Translations under genes and position numbers: made by a program | Part shown: piece by piece, positions 9,268 to 23,138 of the stretch | Layout of the letters: the number at the start of each line of letters is the position of its first letter | Numbering within the stretch: position 1 is the stretch's first letter | The notes under the pieces: generated by a model | What the model saw: only the letters and a program-made list of their open reading frames with translations | Told to the model about the DNA's origin: nothing | The model's database searches: none | Source: an uncultured Acidobacteriota bacterium | GTDB lineage: Bacteria; Acidobacteriota; Vicinamibacteria; Fen-336 | NCBI GenBank assembly: GCA_963720545.1 | Contig: OY970399.1 | Span: forward strand, 3,328,001 to 3,392,000 | Direction of reading: 5' to 3' | DNA length: 64,000 nt

Positions 9268-10260
9268 ATGGCAAGGCCTCGCATCCTGTCGGGCATGCGC
9301 CCCACCGGCGCGCTGCACCTCGGCCACCTGGTGGGCGCGCTCGAGAACTGGGCGCGCCTGCAGGACACCTACGACTGCTTCTACTGCATCGTCGACTGGC
9401 ACGCGCTCACCACCGACTACGCCGACCCGGGGAACATCCGCGCCAACATCCTCGAGGTCACGACCGACTGGCTGGCCGCCGGCCTCGACCCCGACCGCTC
9501 GGTGCTCTTCATCCAGAGCGACGTCAAGCAGCACGCCGAGCTGCACCTGTTGATGTCGATGATCGTGCCGCTGCCATGGCTCGAACGCGTGCCGACCTAC
9601 AAGGAACAGCAGCAGAACCTCGGCGAGCGCGACCTCGCGACCTACGGCTTCCTCGGCTATCCCCTGCTGCAGACTGCCGACATCGCGATCTACAAGGCCG
9701 ACGCCGTGCCGGTGGGCGAGGACCAGGCGCCGCACATCGAGCTGAGCCGCGAAATCGTGCGCCGCTTCAACCACTTCTACGGGCCGGTGTTTCCCGAGCC
9801 GAAGACGCTGCTGACGCCGACGCCGCGCGTGCCGGGCACCGACGGCCGCAAGATGTCGAAGTCTTTCGGCAACGCGATCTTCCTCAAGGATTCACCGGAG
9901 ACGGTGAAGGCGAAGCTGCGGCCGATGGTCACCGACCCGGCGCGCAAGCGCCGCACCGATCCCGGCAACCCCGACATCTGTCCGGTGTTCGACCTGCACA
10001 AGGCGTTTTCGCCCGCGGCCACTCAGCAGTGGTCGGCCGCAGGCTGCCGCACCGCCGGCATCGGCTGCATCGAGTGCAAGGACCGGCTGGCGGTGCACGT
10101 GAGCGAACGCCTCGCCGGCGTGCACGAGCGCCGGCCCGGCTTCGAGGCGCGGCCCGATACGGTGTGGGACGTGCTGAAGGCAGGCGCGGTGAAGGCGCGC
10201 GCCGCCGCCGAAACCACCATGGCCGCGGTGCGCACCGCGATGAAGATCGATCACGATTGA
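9268..10260 (+). CDS. trpS: Tryptophan--tRNA ligase
   Basis: SGMRPTGALHLGH, YPLLQTADI, VPVGEDQ, KMSKS. Confidence 0.97.
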   Translation: MARPRILSGMRPTGALHLGHLVGALENWARLQDTYDCFYCIVDWHALTTDYADPGNIRANILEVTTDWLAAGLDPDRSVLFIQSDVKQHAELHLLMSMIVPLPWLERVPTYKEQQQNLGERDLATYGFLGYPLLQTADIAIYKADAVPVGEDQAPHIELSREIVRRFNHFYGPVFPEPKTLLTPTPRVPGTDGRKMSKSFGNAIFLKDSPETVKAKLRPMVTDPARKRRTDPGNPDICPVFDLHKAFSPAATQQWSAAGCRTAGIGCIECKDRLAVHVSERLAGVHERRPGFEARPDTVWDVLKAGAVKARAAAETTMAAVRTAMKIDHD

Positions 10261-10267
10261 AGACGCG

Positions 10268-11131
10268 ATGACCGCAGCCGACGAAACGAAGCCCGTGCCG
10301 GAAGCCGGATCCGAGGACGAACCCCAGGCCGAATCGCAGGCCGAAGCCAGGCTGCCTTCGGGTTACGAACCGTCGCTGCCCGACGACTCGCCGCGCATCG
10401 AGCTGCCGCTCTTCGCGGGGCCGCTCGACCTGCTGCTCTACCTGATCCGCAAGCACGAGTTCGACCTGCACGACATTCCCATCGCGCCGATCACGCGGCA
10501 GTACATGGAATACCTCGACGTCATGCAGGAAGTGAACCTCGACGTCGCCGGCGACTTCATGGTGATGGCCGCGACCCTCATCCACATCAAGGCGAAGATG
10601 CTGGTGCCGGTCGATCCCACCGAGGCGCAGGGCGAAGATGCCGAGGATCCGCGCGAAGGGCTGGTGCAGCGCCTCCTCGAGTTCCAGCGCTACAAGGAAG
10701 CGGCGGGCGTGCTGCACCAGAAGGGCCAGATCCGCGCCGCCACCTGGACGCGCCCGGAAGGCGCGGTTCCGACCTTCGACGATTCCGGCGAAGAGATGCT
10801 GGAGGCGGGCCTGTTCGACCTGATCTCGGCCTTCAAGGAAGTGCTCGACCGGCGCAAGGTGCTGCTGGCGCACTCGATCGAGGCGCCGGGCAAGTCGCTC
10901 GAGCAGCGCATCGACGAGCTGATGGAAATCATCCGTGAAGGCGCGTCGGTTGAGTTCCTCGAACTCTTCTACGCGCAGGAAACCAAGGCCGACATGATCG
11001 TCACCTTCCTGGCGCTGCTGGAGCTGATCCGGCTGAAGCGGGTGAAGGTGTACCAGCGCGGCATGTTCGGCGGCATCCGCGTGTTCCGTCCGGTCGGGCC
11101 CGAGCCCGACGGCACGCCGCATCCCGTCTAG
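10268..11131 (+). CDS. scpA: Segregation and condensation protein A
   Basis: FAGPLDLLLYLI, FMVMAATLIHIK, VTFLALLEL. Confidence 0.95.
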   Translation: MTAADETKPVPEAGSEDEPQAESQAEARLPSGYEPSLPDDSPRIELPLFAGPLDLLLYLIRKHEFDLHDIPIAPITRQYMEYLDVMQEVNLDVAGDFMVMAATLIHIKAKMLVPVDPTEAQGEDAEDPREGLVQRLLEFQRYKEAAGVLHQKGQIRAATWTRPEGAVPTFDDSGEEMLEAGLFDLISAFKEVLDRRKVLLAHSIEAPGKSLEQRIDELMEIIREGASVEFLELFYAQETKADMIVTFLALLELIRLKRVKVYQRGMFGGIRVFRPVGPEPDGTPHPV

Positions 11132-11146
11132 GAGGAAATTAGCAAG

Positions 11147-11845
11147 ATGAGCGACGAAACCCCGGTCCTGCCGCGCCAGCAGGTGCGCGCCATCCTCGAG
11201 GCGCTCATCTTCGCGGCCGAGCAGCCGCTGCTGCCGAAGCAGATCACGGCCGTGCTCGGCGGCGTCCCCGCCGAAGAATGGCGCGAGGCGCTCGCCGAGA
11301 TCCGCGCCGACTACGCGCGCGACGACCGCGGCCTGCAGGTCGTGGACGTCGCCGGCGGCCTGCAGATCACCACCCGTCCCGAGTACAACGACTGGATCCG
11401 CGAGCTGATCGACCCGAAGGTGCCGACGCGCCTCTCGATCCAGGCGCTCGAAACGCTCGCGGTCATCGCCTACAAGCAGCCGGTGACGCTGCCCGAGATC
11501 ATCGAGCTGCGCGGCATCAAGTCGGGCGGCGTGCTGAAGACGCTGCTCGAAAAGCGCCTCATCCGCATCACCGGCCGCAAGGACGTGGTCGGCCGGCCCA
11601 TCCTCTACGGCACCACGCGCGAGTTCCTGCTGCACTTCGGCCTCAAAGACCTCACCGAGCTGCCGGCGATCGAGGAATTCGCCGAGGTGCTTGGCGAGGA
11701 AGTGGACGTGGCCGGGCTGAAGCGGGCCATCGAAGCGCCGACCCAGGCCGAGGCTGGCGAGCTCGTGGACGACAGCGAGAGCGAGGCCCAGGGCGGCCTC
11801 GCGTTCGAGAATCCGCCGGACAATCCGTCCGAGGACCCCAAGTAA
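11147..11845 (+). CDS. scpB: SMC-Scp complex subunit ScpB
   Basis: LEALIF, LETLAVIAYKQPVT, GRPILYGTTREFL. Confidence 0.96.
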   Translation: MSDETPVLPRQQVRAILEALIFAAEQPLLPKQITAVLGGVPAEEWREALAEIRADYARDDRGLQVVDVAGGLQITTRPEYNDWIRELIDPKVPTRLSIQALETLAVIAYKQPVTLPEIIELRGIKSGGVLKTLLEKRLIRITGRKDVVGRPILYGTTREFLLHFGLKDLTELPAIEEFAEVLGEEVDVAGLKRAIEAPTQAEAGELVDDSESEAQGGLAFENPPDNPSEDPK

Positions 11846-11848
11846 TAC

Positions 11849-11878
11849 TTGACAGCGGTTTCAAGCGCCTCCTACCAT
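11849..11878 (+). promoter_or_regulatory. Sigma70-type promoter
   Basis: TTGACA (11849-11854), 18-nt spacer, TACCAT (11873-11878), then a GGAGG RBS before ATG 11901. Confidence 0.65.
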
Positions 11879-11900
11879 GGCCACAAGCCATGGAGGTCGA

Positions 11901-12717
11901 ATGATGGGGGCGTACCGCGCATTGGGGTTGAAGGGACTTGGTCTGGCCGGGGCGCTGGCGCTTTGCGCCCTGCACCCCTCCTGCGGTCTGGGAGACGATT
12001 CGGCCGGCCCCTCCGAGCTGACGATCAAGCGCTTCACGGTGTCGCCCAATCGCGTGATCTCGGGAGGCACGGTGACACTTTCCTGGGCGGTCGACGGCGC
12101 CGAAAGCGTGTCGATCGACCAGGGCGTCGGCACCGTCGCGACCGACGGCACGAAGCAGGTGAACCCCACCGCCTCGACGCGCTACACGCTCACCGCGCGC
12201 AACCAGAGCAGCCAGTTGACGGCGTTCACCGAGGTGTCGGTCGAGGGCGGCACCGGCCCGAGCCCGAGCCCCACGCCCACTCCTACGCCGACGCCAACGC
12301 CAACACCAACACCGACTCCGACTCCCACTACCCACCCCCACCCCGGGTGCCACCTGCGGCACGCCGCTGCCGGCGCAGTCCACGATCGACAACTGCGGCC
12401 TGACGATCGAGCGCTCCAACCTCGCCCCGGCAGGCCAGTGCGTCGAACTCGTCGCGCTCAGCGTCGAGAACGGCTGCCCGGCGAACGTGAACAACCGCAA
12501 GGTCACGTTCAAAGTCAGCGCCAACACCAGCAGCAACGTCACCTGGCGCACCACCAGCGAGTCGCCGAGCACCACGAACCCGATGAGCGGCGACATCGCG
12601 AGCAGCGGCGAGACCACGGTGACGGCGGGCGAGAACGTCATCGGCGACTTCCTCAAGATCCGCATCGTCAACGACAACAACGACGCCTTCGTCACATTCA
12701 CGCTGCGGAACAAATAG
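11901..12717 (+). pseudogene. Exported or lipoprotein-like protein with Ig-like domain, Pro-Thr linker and Cys-containing C-terminal domain; frameshifted near 12330
   Basis: Frame 11877..12740 is protein-like up to PTPTPT, then degenerates. Removing one base near 12330 continues as PTPTPGATCGTPLPAQSTIDNCGL... into ORF 12487..12717. Confidence 0.7.
12258..12345 (+). repeat. Degenerate 6-bp tandem repeat (CCN-ACN) encoding a PS/PT linker
   Basis: ccgagcccgagccccacgcccactcctacgccgacgccaacgccaacaccaacaccgactccgactcccact. Confidence 0.85.
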
Positions 12718-12754
12718 GGGAGCACGGCGCGCGGCGGTAACATCGCCGCAAACC

Positions 12755-13543
12755 GTGCAGGAAAGACTCCAGAAGATCCTCGCCCAGGCGGGGATTGCCT
12801 CGCGCCGCGCCTCGGAAGAGCTGATCCGCCGCGGCCGTGTGCGCGTCAACGGCGACGTCGTCACCGAGCTCGGCACCAAGGCCGACGCCGCTGTGGACGA
12901 GATCCGCGTGGACGGCAAACCGGTGCGCAAGGCCGCCGAGAAGGCGTACCTGATGTTGTTCAAGCCGAAGGGGTTCGTCACCACGCGCAGCGACCCGGGC
13001 GGCCGCGACACGGTTATGGGGCTGGTGCCCCGCATCCCGGGCCTGTTCCCGGTGGGCCGGCTCGACGTCAACACCGAGGGCCTGCTGCTGCTCACCAACG
13101 ACGGCGCCTTCGCGCAGCGCGTTGCGCACCCGAGCTATGAAGTGGCGCGCGTGTACCACGCCAAGGTGCGCGGCACGCCGGAGCCCACGACCCTGCAGCG
13201 GCTCGCGCAGGGCGTGATGGTGGACGGCAAGCGCATGGCGGTCGACCGCGCCGCCATCCTCGAAGGCGGCGCCAACGCATGGCTCGAGATCACTCTGCAC
13301 GAGGGACGCAACCGCGAAGTGCGGCGCCTGCTCGAATCGGTGGGGCATCCGGTGGCGAAACTGCGGCGCGTGTCGCTCGGCCCGCTGACACTGCGCGGCC
13401 TGCAGCCGGGCGGCTTCCGCTCGCTCTTGCCGGCCGAGATCGCGAAGCTGCTGGGGCCCGGCGCAGCGGCGCGGCGCCGCGGCCGCAAGCCCGCGGCGGC
13501 CGCTCGCAAGCCCGCGGCGGCGCGCAGGCAGGCGGCGCGATGA
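12755..13543 (+). CDS. rluB: rRNA pseudouridine synthase (RluB/RsuA family)
   Basis: ERLQKILAQAGIASRR (S4 domain), PVGRLDVNTEGLLLLTNDG, EGRNREVRR; scpB and cmk context. Confidence 0.9.
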   Translation: MQERLQKILAQAGIASRRASEELIRRGRVRVNGDVVTELGTKADAAVDEIRVDGKPVRKAAEKAYLMLFKPKGFVTTRSDPGGRDTVMGLVPRIPGLFPVGRLDVNTEGLLLLTNDGAFAQRVAHPSYEVARVYHAKVRGTPEPTTLQRLAQGVMVDGKRMAVDRAAILEGGANAWLEITLHEGRNREVRRLLESVGHPVAKLRRVSLGPLTLRGLQPGGFRSLLPAEIAKLLGPGAAARRRGRKPAAAARKPAAARRQAAR

Positions 13544-14220
13544 GCGAGCGCCGCCTGGTCATCGCGATCGACGGACCGTCGGGTGCGGGCAAGTCGACGC
13601 TCGGCCGCGGGCTCGCGAAGGAACTCGACCTCACCTTCATCGACACCGGCGCCATGTACCGCGCGCTGGCGCTGAAGGCGCTGCGCACCAAAACGCCGGT
13701 GGACGACGAGGCGCGGCTGGCACTGCTTTTGACGAAGACGCGCATCGAGCTGGTGGACGGTGGGCGCGGCGTCATCCTCGACGGCAAGGACGTGAGCCGC
13801 CGGCTGCGCAGCCAGGAAGTGAGCCATGCGGCCTCGGCGGTGTCGCGCCATCGCGCGGTCCGCCGTGAGATGGTGGCACGGCAGCAGGAGCTCGGCCGTG
13901 CGGGATCGGTGGTGCTCGACGGCCGCGACATCGGCAGCGTCGTGTTTCCCGACGCCGACTTCAAGTTCTACGTCGATGCCGAGCCCGCGCGGCGCGCCGA
14001 ACGCCGCTACGAAGAGCTGGTCGCCGCCGGCGAGAAGGCGGACCTCGCGCAGATCGAGGCCGAGATCCGCGCCCGCGATGCCGCCGATTCGAGCCGCTAC
14101 GACTCGCCGCTGGTCCGCGCCCACGACGCCGTCTACCTGGACACGACCGCGATGGACGCGGCAACGGCGCTCGACCGCATGCTGCGCATCATCGGCTCGC
14201 GCACCCGGCCGTTTCCATAA
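13540..14220 (+). CDS. cmk: Cytidylate kinase
   Basis: IAIDGPSGAGKST, DTGAMYR, VLDGRDIGSVVFPDA; ATGA overlap with rluB. Confidence 0.96.
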   Translation: MSERRLVIAIDGPSGAGKSTLGRGLAKELDLTFIDTGAMYRALALKALRTKTPVDDEARLALLLTKTRIELVDGGRGVILDGKDVSRRLRSQEVSHAASAVSRHRAVRREMVARQQELGRAGSVVLDGRDIGSVVFPDADFKFYVDAEPARRAERRYEELVAAGEKADLAQIEAEIRARDAADSSRYDSPLVRAHDAVYLDTTAMDAATALDRMLRIIGSRTRPFP

Positions 14221-14223
14221 GTT

Positions 14224-15354
<1,131 letters not shown>

Positions 15355-15397
15355 AACTGAAGCGCTCGCGCCGTCATCGTTTCCAAAGGAGCCAAGC

Positions 15398-15781
15398 ATG
15401 TACCCTGAAGACCTGCGCTACACCAAGGACCACGAATGGGTGCGCATCGAGGGCGACCGCGCCCGCGTCGGCATCACCGATCACGCGCAGGACCAGCTCG
15501 GCGACGTGGTGTTCCTCGACTTCCCCGAGGTCGGCCGCCAGCTCAACGCGCACGACCAGTTCGGCACGGTCGAGTCGGTGAAGGCGGTGTCGGAGCTGTT
15601 CTCGCCGCTCGCCGGCGAGGTGACCGCGGTCAACGAAGCGCTCGGCAAGACGCCGGAACTCGTCAACAGCGATCCTTACGGCGCCGCGTGGCTCATCGAG
15701 CTGCGCATCGACCCCGCGGCCGGCGCCGCGCTGATGGACGCTGCCGCGTATCAGGCCTGGATCCAGGCGGAGGGGAAGTAA
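15398..15781 (+). CDS. gcvH: Glycine cleavage system H protein
   Basis: MYPEDLRYTKDHEW, GITDHAQDQLGDVVF, VESVKAVSE (lipoyl Lys); AAGGAG RBS. Confidence 0.97.
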   Translation: MYPEDLRYTKDHEWVRIEGDRARVGITDHAQDQLGDVVFLDFPEVGRQLNAHDQFGTVESVKAVSELFSPLAGEVTAVNEALGKTPELVNSDPYGAAWLIELRIDPAAGAALMDAAAYQAWIQAEGK

Positions 15782-15787
15782 GGGCTG

Positions 15788-18655
<2,868 letters not shown>

Positions 18656-18673
18656 CGTCATCTGCGGATGGAC

Positions 18674-18715
18674 GTCATCGGCGGATGGGCTGCCGTTCCC
18701 GTCCCATCCGCCGAT
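18674..18715 (+). repeat. REP-like hairpin, copy 1 (preceded by a half-copy at 18657)
   Basis: GTC ATCGGCGGATGGG ctgccgttcccgt CCCATCCGCCGAT. Confidence 0.85.
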
Positions 18716-18934
18716 TTCCGTTGCCGGAGGCTCGTTGCCGTTCCTTCGGCCATTCCATTGCCCTTCCTTCAACGTTCCGTTTCCGTTCCCCAGGAACTTC
18801 CGTTCCGCGACCGCCGACACTCGCGCTGCTGCTAGGAGGCCCCTCGCACCCACCCAACGCCATGCGGTGCTCGGGGAAACGGTCGTGGCCAACTTGTTCG
18901 GAACGAGTTGCCTCAGAACTTCGGGGGCGACCGG

Positions 18935-20311
18935 CTACTTCTTCTTGTTGCGGATCAGCCGGGCTGCTTCCAGGCGGGCGGCGAGGTCGGGTTCGGCGCC
19001 GCGAGCGGTCGGCTGGTAATAGCGCCGGCCGGCGAGTGCGTCGGGCAGGCAGTCCATCGCCGCGACGCCCTCCTCCTCGTCGTGGGCGTAGCGATACCCC
19101 TTGCCGTAGCCGACGTCCTTCATCAACTTCGTCGGTGCGTTGCGGATCCAGAGCGGCACCGGCTCCGCGCGGCTCTCCAGCGCATCGCGCACCGCGGCGC
19201 CGTACGCCGTGTAAACGGCATTGCTCTTCGGCGCCGCGGCGAGATAGACCGCCAGCTCCGCGAGCGCCAGGGCACCTTCCGGCAGGCCGATGAAGTGCAC
19301 GGCCTGCTGCGCCGCCATCGCCACCACCAGCGCCTGCGGATCGGCGAGGCCGACGTCCTCGGAGGCGAAGCGCACCAGCCGGCGCGCGATGTAGAGCGGA
19401 TCCTCGCCGCCCTCGAGCATGCGCGCGAGCCAGTAGAGCGCCGCGTCGGCGTCGGAATTGCGCAGCGACTTGTGCAGGGCGCTGATGATGTTGAAGTGCT
19501 CCTCGCCGCCCTTGTCGTAGAGGAGCGCCTTGCGCGCGAACGCCTGGCGCATGGCTTCGAGGTCGACATGGCGCGTGCCGTCGGCGCGTGCCGCAGCCAC
19601 CGTCGCCGCAACCTCGAGCACGTTGAGGGCGGTGCGGGCGTCGCCGTCGGCGGTGTCGGCGAGGAAGCCGAGCGCATCGTCGTCTACGGTCACGCCGCCC
19701 ACGCCGCGCTCGGGATCGCGCAGGGCGGCTGCGAGGATGCTGACGATCTCCGCACGGTCGAGCGCCTTCAGCACCACCAGCCGGCTGCGCGAGAGGAGCG
19801 CCGAGTTCACCTCGAAGGACGGGTTCTCGGTGGTCGCGCCGATCAGCACGATGTCACCGCTCTCGACGTGCGCCAGCAGCGCGTCCTGCTGCGCCTTGTT
19901 GAAGCGGTGGATCTCGTCGATGAAAACGATGGTGCGCTGGCCGCGACGCTTGCGGCGCTCTTCCGCGGCCGCGAGCACCACGCGCAGTTCCTTCACGCCT
20001 GAGAGCACCGCACTCAGCCCCTCGAAATGCGCCTTGGTATGGTTGCGGATGACGTGCGCGAGGGTCGTCTTGCCGGAGCCGGGCGGCCCCCAAAGGATCA
20101 GCGAGCGCAGCGCGTCGCCTTCGATCAACCGCCGCAGCGGTGTGTTGGCGCCGAGCGCCTCCTGCTGGCCCACGATCTCGTCGAGCGAGCGCGGCCGCAT
20201 GCGGTCGGCGAGCGGGGCGTCGGCCCGCACCGCCGCAGAGCCTGACCCGGCTCCAACTTCCGGTTGGTCGCCGTCGTCGCCGAACAGCGAGCGCGTCTTG
20301 CCCGTGGCCAT
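18935..20311 (-). CDS. rarA: Replication-associated recombination protein A (AAA+ ATPase)
   Basis: [50 protein letters not shown]. Confidence 0.96.
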   Translation of the reverse strand: MATGKTRSLFGDDGDQPEVGAGSGSAAVRADAPLADRMRPRSLDEIVGQQEALGANTPLRRLIEGDALRSLILWGPPGSGKTTLAHVIRNHTKAHFEGLSAVLSGVKELRVVLAAAEERRKRRGQRTIVFIDEIHRFNKAQQDALLAHVESGDIVLIGATTENPSFEVNSALLSRSRLVVLKALDRAEIVSILAAALRDPERGVGGVTVDDDALGFLADTADGDARTALNVLEVAATVAAARADGTRHVDLEAMRQAFARKALLYDKGGEEHFNIISALHKSLRNSDADAALYWLARMLEGGEDPLYIARRLVRFASEDVGLADPQALVVAMAAQQAVHFIGLPEGALALAELAVYLAAAPKSNAVYTAYGAAVRDALESRAEPVPLWIRNAPTKLMKDVGYGKGYRYAHDEEEGVAAMDCLPDALAGRRYYQPTARGAEPDLAARLEAARLIRNKKK

Positions 20312-20313
20312 CG

Positions 20314-21117
20314 CTACCGCCGCTGCCGCGCCGCCTCGAACAGCAGCACGCCCGCGGCCACCGCCACGTTCAGGCTTTCGACCACCGGCTTGATCGGCAC
20401 GCGCACCGGCGCGTCGGCGCGCCGGACCACCGCCTCGTCGAGCCCGGCGCCTTCGTTGCCGACGATGAGCGCCGTCGGCCGGCGCAGGTCGGCTTCGTCG
20501 TAGGGAACCGGCGCGTCGACAGTTGCAGCGACGGTGCGGATGCCGTGCTGCTGCAGCCAGCCGAGCGCTTCGTCGAGGCTGAGCGAACCTCGGTGGGGAA
20601 GCCGGAAGGCACTCCCCATCGAGCCGCGCAGCGCCTTCCACGAGAACGGATCGGCGCAGCCGGTCGTGAGCAGCGCGCCGGTGGCGCCCGCTGCCTCGGC
20701 AGTGCGCAACAAGGCGCCGAGGTTGCCGGGGTTCTGCACCGCGACGCACACGAGCAGCAGCGCCGGCTGCGCCAGCAGCGCCGCGTCGTCGAAAGTCGGG
20801 CGGTTGGCGACCGCCAGCACGCCCGGACCGTGCTCCAGTTCGGAGAGCTGGCCGAGCAGGTCCTCGTGCATCAGGCGCACCTCGAGTCCGCTGTTCGAAG
20901 CCTCCTGGTGAAGGCGTGCGCCGCGCGCGCTCTCGAGGAAGCGCGGGGTCATCGCCAGGGACGCGACCGAGATCCCCGACGCGAGCGCCTCCTCCACGAG
21001 CTTCGGCCCCTCGAGCACCGCAAGGCTCTCGGCGTCGTCGGCACGATCGAGCAGGGCGCGGATCTTGCGGGCGAGCGGATGGGCGCGGCTGCGGATGATT
21101 TCGGAGCCGGGGAGCAT
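20314..21117 (-). CDS. TrmH/SpoU family RNA methyltransferase
   Basis: [29 protein letters not shown]. Confidence 0.93.
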   Translation of the reverse strand: MLPGSEIIRSRAHPLARKIRALLDRADDAESLAVLEGPKLVEEALASGISVASLAMTPRFLESARGARLHQEASNSGLEVRLMHEDLLGQLSELEHGPGVLAVANRPTFDDAALLAQPALLLVCVAVQNPGNLGALLRTAEAAGATGALLTTGCADPFSWKALRGSMGSAFRLPHRGSLSLDEALGWLQQHGIRTVAATVDAPVPYDEADLRRPTALIVGNEGAGLDEAVVRRADAPVRVPIKPVVESLNVAVAAGVLLFEAARQRR

Positions 21118-21174
21118 GGGCCTTCGATGCTACACTCGCGGTTGACTGTAACCCCCACGTGAAGGCTGCTTGCA

Positions 21175-21648
21175 ATGGTCCTGGAAATAAAAAAACGCCT
21201 GCAGGACGAGATCAACACGCTCGACCACGAGCTCAAGGTCGCGCTGCCGAAAGAGATCCAGCGGGCGCGTGAATACGGCGACCTGCGCGAGAACGCCGAG
21301 TACAAGGCGGCGAAGGAGCGGCAGAGCTTCCTCCAGGCCCGGCTTGCGCAGCTGCACGTGCGCCTCGCCGCCCTCGCGATGATGAACCTCGACAAGATCC
21401 CGAAGGACAAGGTCGGGCTCGGCTCCACCGTGTCGCTCAAGGACACGAGCACCGGCGAGACCATCGTCTACGAAATCGTCACCCCCGAGGAATCGGATCC
21501 GCCGCAGGGACGCATCTCGCCGTCGTCGCCCATCGGCCGCTGCCTGCTCAACAACGCCAAGGGCGACACCGTCGAGGTGGTGGTGCCGAACGGCAGCAAG
21601 GAATACGAAGTCGTCAAGCTGGTGACCATCCACGACCTGGCCAACTAG
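21175..21648 (+). CDS. greA: Transcription elongation factor GreA/GreB family
   Basis: [28 protein letters not shown]. Confidence 0.9.
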   Translation: MVLEIKKRLQDEINTLDHELKVALPKEIQRAREYGDLRENAEYKAAKERQSFLQARLAQLHVRLAALAMMNLDKIPKDKVGLGSTVSLKDTSTGETIVYEIVTPEESDPPQGRISPSSPIGRCLLNNAKGDTVEVVVPNGSKEYEVVKLVTIHDLAN

Positions 21649-23127
21649 GTGAAGGAGTACTCCCCCAAGCGGCGCACGGCCGCGGTGTTCACGGGCACCG
21701 GCGTCTCGGGCGCCTACCACGCGGGGGTGCTGAAGGCGTTCGAGGAGAGCGGCTTCAAGATCGACATCATGGTCGGCTCGGGGGTCGGCACCATCGCCGC
21801 CGCATTCGGCGCCGTCGCGGGTGGTGCGCGCTTGTTCTCGGCCGGCGGCTTCTGGCCGACGCTGCGCGGCGCGTCGCTCTATCGCCTGCGCCCGGAGGCG
21901 CGCGCGCTGCAGCTGCTCATGGGCGTGGCGTTCGGCGTGTTCGTGCTGCCGCTGATCCTCGCGGTGATCGCGGCGCTCTTCTTCCCGCTGATCCTGCTCG
22001 CCGACTTCGTCTCGCCCGGGGTGCTCGCGCGCTTCGCGGCGCCGTGGCCGTCGCTCGAGGTGATGCGGCCCGCCTACGTCGCGGCGCTGGCGCTGCCGGC
22101 GTTCCTGCTGTTCGGCGTCGGCGGCGCGTGGCTCCTTTATGCCGCGGTGCGCGATCGCCGCCTGCTGCTCGAACGCTTCGAGCACCTGGTGGACGCGTCG
22201 CCGGCGCGGGCGCTGCTGCGCGGCAAGTTGTGGGAGGTGGTGCGCGGCGCCGATGTCGCGCAGCAGCCGCCGCGCGACGCGGTGCTCGGCGAGCGCTACG
22301 TGGCGCTCAACATCGAGAACCGCGGCCAGCTCGGATTCCACGAGCTGATCGTGCGCGCGGCCGACCTCGACTCCGGCCAGGTGCACACCGCCGTCCTGCT
22401 CGGCGACGCGGCGCGCGACGCGTTCCTCACTGCGCGCGGCTCGCGGCGCGGCGGCGACGCCGTCTCGGGGCTTCTCGACCTCACGGCCACAGGTGCCGCG
22501 GGCACCCTGTTCCCGACGGTGCTCACCGGCCTGCTGCCGCCGCTCGTCACCCCGCCCGAACGCCTCGCGTTCCCGAAGGGCGCCACCCACGCCGGCGAAA
22601 CCCACCGCCTCGTCGAAGCGACGCTGCTTGGCGGCTGCGGCATCGCCGAAGCCATCGACGCCGGCGCGGAGCAGATCGTGGTGGTGGCGGCGGTGGCCGA
22701 GAAGCCGTCGCCGCCGCTGCGCCGCCGCGGGCCGCGCGCGCTTGCCGACGCGCTCCTCGAAAGCCTCGAGCGCGACGCGTTCGAACGCGAGCTGGCCGAG
22801 TGCGAGCGCTTCAATCGTCTCGTCGAAACGCTCGGCCATCGCCACGAAGGGGCCGGCGCTGGCCGCGCCTGGCAGGATCCCGCCACCGGCCGCCTGTACC
22901 GCGACATCTCAATCTACGTCGTCCGCCCGCAGGCGCGCTCGCTGCGGCCGTTCGACCACGAAGGCACGCGCGACCCGGCGACCGAAGTGGAAGAGACGCT
23001 GGGCGACCTGCTGCAGCGCGGCCACGCCGACGCGTTCCGCTTGTTCATCGAACCGGTCGTCGGCGCGGCGCCCGTGCCGAGCCGCGCGCCCGACCTCGAA
23101 GAAGAAGGACAGCCGATAGAACTCTAG
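21649..23127 (+). CDS. Patatin-like protein with TM insert (catalytic motifs degenerate)
   Basis: GTGVSGAYHAGVLKAFEE..IDIMVGSGVG matches the patatin N-terminus; hydrophobic central segment. Confidence 0.65.
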   Translation: MKEYSPKRRTAAVFTGTGVSGAYHAGVLKAFEESGFKIDIMVGSGVGTIAAAFGAVAGGARLFSAGGFWPTLRGASLYRLRPEARALQLLMGVAFGVFVLPLILAVIAALFFPLILLADFVSPGVLARFAAPWPSLEVMRPAYVAALALPAFLLFGVGGAWLLYAAVRDRRLLLERFEHLVDASPARALLRGKLWEVVRGADVAQQPPRDAVLGERYVALNIENRGQLGFHELIVRAADLDSGQVHTAVLLGDAARDAFLTARGSRRGGDAVSGLLDLTATGAAGTLFPTVLTGLLPPLVTPPERLAFPKGATHAGETHRLVEATLLGGCGIAEAIDAGAEQIVVVAAVAEKPSPPLRRRGPRALADALLESLERDAFERELAECERFNRLVETLGHRHEGAGAGRAWQDPATGRLYRDISIYVVRPQARSLRPFDHEGTRDPATEVEETLGDLLQRGHADAFRLFIEPVVGAAPVPSRAPDLEEEGQPIEL

Positions 23128-23138
23128 GCAGGGAACCA

